A stretch of DNA of 22,145 nt from a virus (lineage: Duplodnaviria; Heunggongvirae; Uroviricota; Caudoviricetes). Position numbers and translations under genes: made by a program. Positions 1 to 7,600 of this stretch are shown one piece after another (position 1 is the first letter of the stretch; every line of letters starts with the position of its first letter). The notes below the pieces were generated by a model. That model made no database searches and had not been told where the DNA came from. It was given only the letters and a program-made list of their open reading frames with translations. The DNA lies in IMG/VR virus record IMGVR_UViG_3300037461_001229, positions 64,001 to 86,145 of that record. One strand, given 5' to 3'.

Positions 1-1
1 C

Positions 2-568
2 TCACGTCAGGAGCTTATTGTCTACTCTGGTGATTCGGTAGCCAAGCTTACCAGTCAGCCTGACTGGATAAGACTAACCATCAATGATACTATCATTAAT
101 CCCGGGGACGAGGTTCCTAACGGTACGTCAGTATGGGTATATCCTCCAGATATAAACGGGGGCAGTGGTGAGTTATCGGGGTCTATTGTCTTCACCGATG
201 CTATTGGGAATACTGATTCAGTTACTGTAACGCAACAGATGTACGAGGATACTTCTCCTCCTATATTTTACGTTATAGTTCCAGTAGCTAACGTGTGGAC
301 TGATGCAGGACTGTCGGTGGTTCTTGAGAACCCGGCCACGGCGCCTAATGTAGTAGGATCGGCAGGATCGGACTCGATAGCTATTGATTTCTATGTTGAT
401 GGACTGGCAGAGTCCTCATATACCGCAAATGTTGATATCTTTGTAGATTATATGCTGGTATATAGTGATACTATAATTTTATACGAAGGGGGTCATGTAT
501 CGACCTCTTATACGATTCCAGACGAGCTGGATTATGGTCAAATAGTAAATATTGTAATAGGAGATTAA
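2..568 (+). CDS. 5'-truncated phage tail protein with BACON-like and Ig-like domains
   Basis: The frame of the 239..568 ORF is open back to position 2 (SRQELIVYSGDSVAKLTSQPDWIRLTIN...SGELSGSIVFTDAIGNTDSVTVTQQMY...), so ATG 239 is internal. PDWI...SGSIVFT...SVTVTQ matches the BACON domain pattern. The rest is beta-rich. Confidence 0.7.
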   Translation, partial: SRQELIVYSGDSVAKLTSQPDWIRLTINDTIINPGDEVPNGTSVWVYPPDINGGSGELSGSIVFTDAIGNTDSVTVTQQMYEDTSPPIFYVIVPVANVWTDAGLSVVLENPATAPNVVGSAGSDSIAIDFYVDGLAESSYTANVDIFVDYMLVYSDTIILYEGGHVSTSYTIPDELDYGQIVNIVIGD

Positions 569-573
569 ATAAA

Positions 574-978
574 ATGGGAGTAGTTTCAAAATTTATCAAG
601 AAGGCAGAAGCGGATTATTGGGCTGGCAGAACCCTTAAATGCTGCTTACTGACAGTTGCTCATGACTATGCTTCAGCGGCATCACAGGAGCACTATGCTG
701 ATATAAGCGCCAATGAGAGTGTGGGTACTGGCTATACGGCTGGAGGGGTATTGGTTACCACAGGACTGACATCCGGCTATAGTGGCACTAACGCTTATGT
801 TGATACTAATAATGCAGTCTTTAGTGGTATCACTGTTCCAGATGCAACTTATTGTGCTATTTACGATAGCGTGACGGGAGATATTATGGCACAGTATGAC
901 CTTGGGGGGACATTGGTTACTACCGGTGGTACCCTTACGTTGGTATGGAGTGCAAGCGGTATTTTAACTATTAGCTAA
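574..978 (+). CDS. Small phage tail/structural protein
   Basis: LKCCLLT...HYADISANE.VGTGYTAGG...YD...LGG...TGGTLTLVWSASGIL resembles a widespread G/T-rich tail-associated family. It sits in the tail module. Confidence 0.6.
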   Translation: MGVVSKFIKKAEADYWAGRTLKCCLLTVAHDYASAASQEHYADISANESVGTGYTAGGVLVTTGLTSGYSGTNAYVDTNNAVFSGITVPDATYCAIYDSVTGDIMAQYDLGGTLVTTGGTLTLVWSASGILTIS

Positions 979-981
979 TGT

Positions 982-2004
982 ATGAAGGTGTTTCTTTTAA
1001 TAATAGAGTTCTTTCGCGGGATTCTTAAAAGGATGAAAAGGATGATAAAGGACAATATATTTAAAAGTAATAAGTTTTATCTTGACAAGGGGGATAAGGT
1101 AAATATCCTGGCTAAGGACACTCCCGAGAATACTGTGGTTGTTGCGTTACAGGACGAGGATGGTAATATAGAAGACATGTCTTCCATTCCAGAGGCAACT
1201 GTGGAGATAACCACTACCTATGTCGGGACGTTTGAGATACTGGTCTTTACCGGAGGAGAGATAGTAATAGACTGGGGGGATGGGAGTTTAGAATATTTTA
1301 ACACCACTGGGAATCCCGTATTTACTCCTACTCATGAATATACTGAAGCGGGTGAGAAAAATATTAAAATAAAGAACGCCAAAACGCTTTATTATCTGGT
1401 TATCAGTGCCACTTATGATGTGACTGCAGTCGTTGTGCCGGCGGTCTGTACTAGTGTACAGAGATTAGTTCTGGCAGGGACTGGCATAACGGAATTTACT
1501 ACACATCCCGAGTGGGTTGATTTATATGAGTTAGGCATATCAGGGACGGGGATAACATCTATAACCACATATCCAGAGTGGGTTGAGATGGATACTATTA
1601 ATGCCATCTCTACCCCGCTTCTTTCACTAGAGACTCACCCAGAGTGGGTTAAGTTAAGGCGGGTAAGGCTGGATGATTCTTCGGTGACCTCGCTTATTAC
1701 GTATGACACATGGGTTGAATTCAGAACTCTTGGTTTGAGTAATTGTAATATATCAAATATTGAGATTCATCCAGAATGGGTTGATTTCAGGGCGCTGGGA
1801 TGTGATGGTTGCGCTATAGCTATCGAGGCTAATATTGACAATATTTTAGTTAACCTGGATGCTACCGGGATGACAGCCACTCCTCCTTTGGATGTAAGAA
1901 ATATTTATCTTGATAGTGGAACAAATGCTCCGCCAACCCCAGTAGGAGATGCTGCCAAGGCTAATCTTGAGGCTAGGAATGTAAACGTATACACTAATAC
2001 TTAA
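982..2004 (+). CDS. PKD-domain plus leucine-rich-repeat virion appendage protein
   Basis: PKD signature IDWGDGS...THEYTEAG, then five 22-aa LRR units ([HY]PEWV-like motif every 66 nt) and a C-terminal cap (NIDNILVNLD...KANLEARNVNVYTN). Confidence 0.7.
   Translation: MKVFLLIIEFFRGILKRMKRMIKDNIFKSNKFYLDKGDKVNILAKDTPENTVVVALQDEDGNIEDMSSIPEATVEITTTYVGTFEILVFTGGEIVIDWGDGSLEYFNTTGNPVFTPTHEYTEAGEKNIKIKNAKTLYYLVISATYDVTAVVVPAVCTSVQRLVLAGTGITEFTTHPEWVDLYELGISGTGITSITTYPEWVEMDTINAISTPLLSLETHPEWVKLRRVRLDDSSVTSLITYDTWVEFRTLGLSNCNISNIEIHPEWVDFRALGCDGCAIAIEANIDNILVNLDATGMTATPPLDVRNIYLDSGTNAPPTPVGDAAKANLEARNVNVYTNT
1456..1818 (+). repeat. Five to six 66-nt (22-aa) leucine-rich repeats
   Basis: HPEWV/YPEWV/HPEWV/YDTWV/HPEWV start at 1504, 1570, 1636, 1702 and 1768, with an LxxLxIxxTxIxxI pattern. 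Confidence 0.85.
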
Positions 2005-2005
2005 T

Positions 2006-2602
2006 ATGGCAGAACTTATTACTTTAACATCTACGTCTGATGGCATACATGAACTGCATTTTGGCATGGATGTTAATACCACTGCTTCTTTTGAGATACA
2101 GTTATGGATCACAAAGTACGGTGTCCGTGTAATAGACTGGTGCCAATCGATGGGGCTGGGATATATCACGTTTATAGGAGGAGATGTGTGGGTGCATAAT
2201 GATGATGACCAGGACAGGTGTAATCTCTTTGGAGAGAAGCGTGATTGTATCATTGGCGTGGTATCTAATGAGCAGCCTAATAGGATTAAGCTTTATGATA
2301 GTGTGGGAGTGCAGAGTGATGATGAGTGGGAGATATACGAGATAACCATCCCGGCAACACTCAATTATCCGCAAGGGATGTATTCCAAACTACCCAAGCA
2401 GAGGTTTAAGAAGAGGGATGGTATATGGCAGGCAGAGTTCCTTCGTAATATGACTACCAGCAGTGCAACGCCCAACACCAGGGATGCTGTTAGTGGTGAG
2501 CCATTACGCGGGGATTCTATTTACATGAAGCTTAAGAACACCAGCAATAACCAGGTTAAGCTTTTTAAGGTCTCGGTTAATCAGACGTTAAGCAAAATAT
2601 AG
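2006..2602 (+). CDS. C-terminal part of a tail stabilisation/nozzle protein (P22 gp10-like, Bacteroidota phage type), encoded as a separate ORF
   Basis: YITFIGGDVWVHN...NLFG...IIGVVSNEQPNRIKLYDS...EW...FKKRDGIWQAEFLRN...SGEPLRG...VKLFKVSVN matches my recollection of the C-terminus of crAss-like/Bacteroidota stabilisation proteins. It lies directly before the ejection genes. Confidence 0.6.
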   Translation: MAELITLTSTSDGIHELHFGMDVNTTASFEIQLWITKYGVRVIDWCQSMGLGYITFIGGDVWVHNDDDQDRCNLFGEKRDCIIGVVSNEQPNRIKLYDSVGVQSDDEWEIYEITIPATLNYPQGMYSKLPKQRFKKRDGIWQAEFLRNMTTSSATPNTRDAVSGEPLRGDSIYMKLKNTSNNQVKLFKVSVNQTLSKI

Positions 2603-2615
2603 GTATCTTTGTAAA
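2603..2615 (+). promoter_or_regulatory. Bacteroidota-type -7 promoter element (TAnnTTTG)
   Basis: gTATCTTTGtaaa lies in the short intergenic gap before ATG 2628. The same 13-mer occurs at 14337. No clear -33 TTTG was seen. Confidence 0.65.
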
Positions 2616-2627
2616 TAATTTTTAGAT

Positions 2628-3281
2628 ATGGGATTATTTAATACAGCAGCCAGCGCTGCATCTGCGTTTACGCCATGGGGAGCGGTAGCTGCCGGGATAG
2701 GAGGTCTGGCGGGACTGGCTAAGACTGCTATAGGTGCAGTACAGACCGGAAGAGCCAATAAGGAGTTTAAAAGCCTTTTAGCTAATCGTCCCGTGTATGA
2801 GATACCCAAGGAATATGAAGACGTGCTTTCTACATACCAGAAACTGGCTGCTGGTAAGATGCCTGGCTTTGATGAGCAGATAGGTAGGATAGGTCAGTCC
2901 GCCGCCAGGGCTACTGAATCAGCTAAAAAAGGTGCGATAAGCTCTACCGCCTACCAGCAGTCAGTACAGGATGTCTACCAGAAAGAGCTGGAGGCATTAC
3001 GTGATCTCGATGTTAGGTCTCAGGACTACCAGTCTTATATGGTGGAGAAAGCTCAGGGTGCCAAGTTAGGGTTAGCTGGGGAGAAATCACAAGCATGGAA
3101 TATTAACAAAAACATCCCATGGCAGACAGAGATGAACAGGCTTTCGGAGCAGAGAATTACCGGGCAGCAGAATCTCTTCTCGGGACTTGGCGATGTGGCT
3201 GGGCAGTTTGCTGATTTTGCCGGGACTTCTATCTATCAGGATATGCTTGAGAAGCTTTACCCACAAAATACAACAACCTAA
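2628..3281 (+). CDS. DNA ejection/pilot (internal virion) protein
   Basis: N-terminal Gly/Ala-rich hydrophobic helix (WGAVAAGIGGLAGLAKTAIGAV), Q/A-rich helical body and a C-terminal NLFSGLGDVAG segment. Position is between the nozzle gene and the giant virion gene. Confidence 0.7.
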   Translation: MGLFNTAASAASAFTPWGAVAAGIGGLAGLAKTAIGAVQTGRANKEFKSLLANRPVYEIPKEYEDVLSTYQKLAAGKMPGFDEQIGRIGQSAARATESAKKGAISSTAYQQSVQDVYQKELEALRDLDVRSQDYQSYMVEKAQGAKLGLAGEKSQAWNINKNIPWQTEMNRLSEQRITGQQNLFSGLGDVAGQFADFAGTSIYQDMLEKLYPQNTTT

Positions 3282-4672
3282 TGGCCGATTACACTAATCT
3301 TTACACCGGACGCGGCACTTCCGCCCCTCTGCCATCGGGAGAACAATTCCAGAGGGCAAGTGAGCGTTTGAGTGATTTTGTCACCCGGGCAGAAGAGCTT
3401 AAATATAAAGTCTACAAGGAGAATGAGCAGGAGTTTCTGAAGGCTGGCGAGATAAAGCCCGAGTTTGTACTTGCCGATAGTGCAAGAAAGGCCACTGCCA
3501 TTATGATGGATACTTTTAATAAGAAATGGGCTAAGGTATTTCAGGCCAAGGCTAATACTGGCGGATTAACTACTCAGGAGAAACAACAGATGGCTACAGA
3601 GAAGAATCTTATAATCTCTAAGAATCAGGAAGACGTGGCCAACTACCAGAGGTATCTGCAGATGAAAGACCTGGTTAATAAAGATGCTGACAGGAATTTT
3701 GACAGTAATGAATTCAGGGCTGCAGAAGCAGAATACATTAACTCTGGCCGGTTTGATCTCACTACACCTCCGATAAAGGCCAAGAGCGTATCAGACTTCT
3801 TATATGAGAAAAGCAAGGAGCGGACAGGAGAGGTAGAACTTGGTCTAGAAGAGGTACAGGGGCAGGATGGTAGGTGGTATAAGGCAACAAGAACGGCCAA
3901 TATGACCCCTGATCAACTGAGGGAATTCATCAAGACCACTGTTGTTACTGATCCTGGCGCGCTAAAAGGAATGATCAATGATTGGAATGAAGCTAATCCT
4001 ACTGAGACTGATAAAGCCAAATGGTTGATTGATGAGGATAAGAGTGGTGATATAAGCAAGAGAGAGAAAGATAATGGGATATTAAGATGGGCTACTGAAT
4101 ACTATAGCCAGCCAGAGAGAACGCCACTTATTCAAAAAACCAGTACACTTACGCCTATAGCATCGGGTACAAGAAGTTCCAAGGGGGATGCCTATTATGT
4201 CAGGGTGGGGGATGAGGAAATTAGAGTGGCTCCTGGGAGTGCGGCTACAGGGAAAACATACGGAAAACAGACCTTTCAGAATGTTTATAACTTCGGGAAG
4301 GTTAGATTAAATAATATAAATACTGCTGGTGCTACTATCCTAGAGAGTTTTGGAGACTTCAAGGGACCAGGTACCAGTGTTAGTGGCGATATATTAAGTT
4401 ATGTTCCGGGCGAGGATGCTGTTATTGTAAGAGTTATTGGTTCTTATCCTGATTATGATTCTAAGGCGACGATTAAGATAAAGGCCGATAATATAAAAGA
4501 CATAAATAATCTCCCTATTAAAACCGACAGGGGTGATTCAACTATAGGCGCGATAAGGAAAGGGAAGGTGTCACAGCCTGTGATACCACGGCTAGTATTC
4601 CTGGATTGGAAGAAAATAGCTGGCAATGAAAATAAAACATATAAACAATATCTTGAGGAGTATCCTCAATAA
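3281..4672 (+). CDS. Second internal virion/ejection protein
   Basis: Charged helical 463-aa protein whose start overlaps the previous stop (TAATG). It occupies the middle ejection-gene position and contains an EF-hand-like loop. Confidence 0.55.
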   Translation: MADYTNLYTGRGTSAPLPSGEQFQRASERLSDFVTRAEELKYKVYKENEQEFLKAGEIKPEFVLADSARKATAIMMDTFNKKWAKVFQAKANTGGLTTQEKQQMATEKNLIISKNQEDVANYQRYLQMKDLVNKDADRNFDSNEFRAAEAEYINSGRFDLTTPPIKAKSVSDFLYEKSKERTGEVELGLEEVQGQDGRWYKATRTANMTPDQLREFIKTTVVTDPGALKGMINDWNEANPTETDKAKWLIDEDKSGDISKREKDNGILRWATEYYSQPERTPLIQKTSTLTPIASGTRSSKGDAYYVRVGDEEIRVAPGSAATGKTYGKQTFQNVYNFGKVRLNNINTAGATILESFGDFKGPGTSVSGDILSYVPGEDAVIVRVIGSYPDYDSKATIKIKADNIKDINNLPIKTDRGDSTIGAIRKGKVSQPVIPRLVFLDWKKIAGNENKTYKQYLEEYPQ

Positions 4673-4677
4673 CGATT

Positions 4678-7600
4678 ATGGCAGTAATTAACGATAGATT
4701 ATCAGAATTATATCAAGTTATCCCACAGGGTTCATTTAAGGATGAAGCTGAGTTTCGTTCTTATGTTACTGATGAGAATAAGCTTAAGGAATTCTATTCT
4801 ATTCTGCCAAGTGGATCATTTAGAGACGAGGATGAGTTTGTCGGGTATTTTGGGAATTCGTTAAAAAAAAAAGACTTTTCTCTCGAAGCTCTGGCAAGGG
4901 GCGAAAGCTTATCTCAGATGTTTGGGATAAAGCCAAAAGAATCTTCTGCTCCACTACCACCATTACAATCAACTAAAAAGCCTGTCTCTTACGAGGAGAC
5001 ATTACCGGAAGAGGTTGTCCCTACTTCAGTAATAAGAGCCAGGGATAAAAAATCTCAATATCTACAGCAAAAACAGCTAGAGCTTTCCGATAGAGTTCGA
5101 AAGGAATTAAAGGAAGAAGGTGATAAATTACAGTCTGATTACCAGAAACGTGCTCAACAGGAGGGAGCTGATAAGAAAACATTAGAAGATGAGCTTGATG
5201 TGAGACTCGGCGATCTCGTTTTTAGGAAGCAGAAAGAGTTCCAGAAAGAGATAGATGATCTTGTTTCTGATGAATATCAGTATCTTGAAAAGGGAGACGT
5301 TAAAGGTCTTGAGAAGCAGATAGACGAGATAATGGCCTCTGGTTCATTATATGATGTTAAGACAAGTAAGCTAAATCGCTTAAAGAATAGTTTCCTATCG
5401 CAACTAGCTGCCATGCCGGAAGAATACAGGAAACCTATTTCCGGTGAGATAAATGATCTATTTGTTAAAAAGACTCTATTTGACGAGGAGGGGAATGTCT
5501 CTATGTATGGATGGAAACAGGAGGCGTCCAAGAAGCTTGAGAATATCGCTACGGAGAAACAGAAACTAGCTTCGGCATTTGCGAGCAAGTATCCAGGCTG
5601 GAGTCCTAATGATGTATTCCCATTTACCCGTGAAGGTGCTCCTTCCCAACAGGAATATAATGATTATCTTAAAGAATTCACTCTTATTGATAAGGCGCAA
5701 ACATATCTTGAGCGGGTGCTTGAGATGCCTGATAGCGGAAAGGGAAATTTTGCCACTGAATTTAAAAAACAGGGCTTGGATTTTGTAAGAGATATCGCCA
5801 GTGCTGGTTTTGCTGGGGTTATTGATGATATTAAAAATTATAAGATAGCCAGGAAAATACAGGATAATGAGCCGGTGTCCCCAGGAGAAAGGGCTACCTT
5901 CGATGCGCTTGGGGTATTGGAGACTGCAGCTTCCGGTATTGAGGGAGGGAAGCTTGGTAAGGTAGTCGCGGAGGGAATACCGTTTATAGAGTCTATGCTT
6001 TTAACAGGTGGTGCCGGAATAGGTAAAAATGTTGCTAGTAATACATTAAAGCAAATATTAAAGAAAGAGGGTGCTAGGTTATTCTCCAAAGAGGGAGCTA
6101 AAATACTAGGCAGGGAGGTAGGTAAGGCTGGGATAGCTTCATTAGAAGCGGCCCCACTGTCTCCAATTTCATATAGCAGGATGTTTCAGGGATTAACCGG
6201 GCAGCGGGTGCTTAATGAAAAGGGTGAGTGGATGGTTGATAGAGCTACCGTGGAAGGGAAGCTGGAGGCTGCTACCAAGGGTCTGGCTACCGGTGCTACC
6301 GAGTATTTCACCGAGTCTCTTGGTGGGTTGGCCGGAGAGGTTGGGGGACTTATTAGAAAGGTTCCTGGATTAAGTAAGTTCAGATTGGCCAAGGGAGTAG
6401 AGGATTTATTTAAGATAACCAAATTCCAGGGAGCGCCTACAGAGGTGGCTGAAGAGCTTATTAATATTCCACTACAGGCTCCGATAGGGGATCAACCCTT
6501 GAGTGAGGTGACTTTACAGGATATATGGGATACAATATGGACTACTGCGGGATTCACTACTATATTAGGGGCTATTGGGGTACCCGGTGGTATTAGTAAC
6601 TCCATCCAGAGGGGTCGTAATTACAATACCGTTAATCAGTTTGGGCGCGATATCGTTTCTGAATTAAGGGATGCTATAGTATATAAGAACAAGGATGCTT
6701 TCTCAAGGGCTATAACGAGAGCCGAATTCTCATTAAGAGATAAGGCTCCAGAAGAGAAGCAGGCATCTATGAGTGCATTAATGACGTACGCTAAGTCCTT
6801 AGCTACCGAAACTATTACACGGGAGAATTCGGTTAATGAAGGACAGGAAACTGACGCATTAACAAAGCCTGAAAGGTTTACTATACCACAGCCAGGCGGT
6901 ACATCCTTGTATTTTAAAAATAAACAAGACTTTTTCACATGGCTCGATCAGAATGGAGAAGAAAAGCTACCAGCGCCCAATGAAGTAGGGTATCTTGATA
7001 GCAATGTCTACAAGGCTATGGATGAGTGGAAGATAATTAAAAAAGCACAACAAACCAAGGTAGTGGAGGGACAAAAAGATGCCGAAAGAATTGGAACGCA
7101 AACTAAAACAGGAAGCCGACAACCACAAGGGGTGGTCGAAGGAGAGAAAGGCGGCGTACGTGTACGGGACACTACGCAAGACCGGGTGGAAGCCAAGCCG
7201 GGAGAGGAAGTAACCGGACAAGATACCGGACAAGATGTTCAAGAACCGGGAAAAGTAGTCTCAGGAATAAAAGACCTTGAGCAGAAAGAGTCTTATGATT
7301 GTGGAGTATGTGCTCTTAGGACAGTGCTATCTAAGTATGGGATAGATACCACCGAGGATCAGATTATTAAAGAGACTAACCCGTCGGAAAAAACGGGCGT
7401 AGATTTAAAGGCTATCGTGGAGAATGCCCAAAACAAGGGTTTAAATGCAGAAATGAAGCAGGATATGACCCCTGATGATCTACGGGAGGCTGTCGATAAT
7501 GATATTCCTGTCATAATATTACAAAATGGGGTTGGAGAGACAAAGGCCGGTAAGAGCTATGAGGGTAATAAAGATGCCCATTACATAACAATCAAAGGTT

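Noticed and set aside
1413-3900. Minus-strand ORFs in the tail and ejection genes
   Set aside because: Antisense to well-supported genes, with no independent evidence.
6967-7242. Two minus-strand ORFs (6967-7242, 7008-7196) over the linker region
   Set aside because: Shadow ORFs of a purine-rich stretch, with Ser/Phe/Leu/Cys-rich composition. The + strand nested ORF has a start signal and a recognisable motif.
7213-7258. 12-bp tandem duplication ACCGGACAAGAT x2 and a 7-codon ORF (MFKNREK*)
   Set aside because: The duplication is real but fits simple slippage in a flexible linker. The mini-ORF is too short to support.
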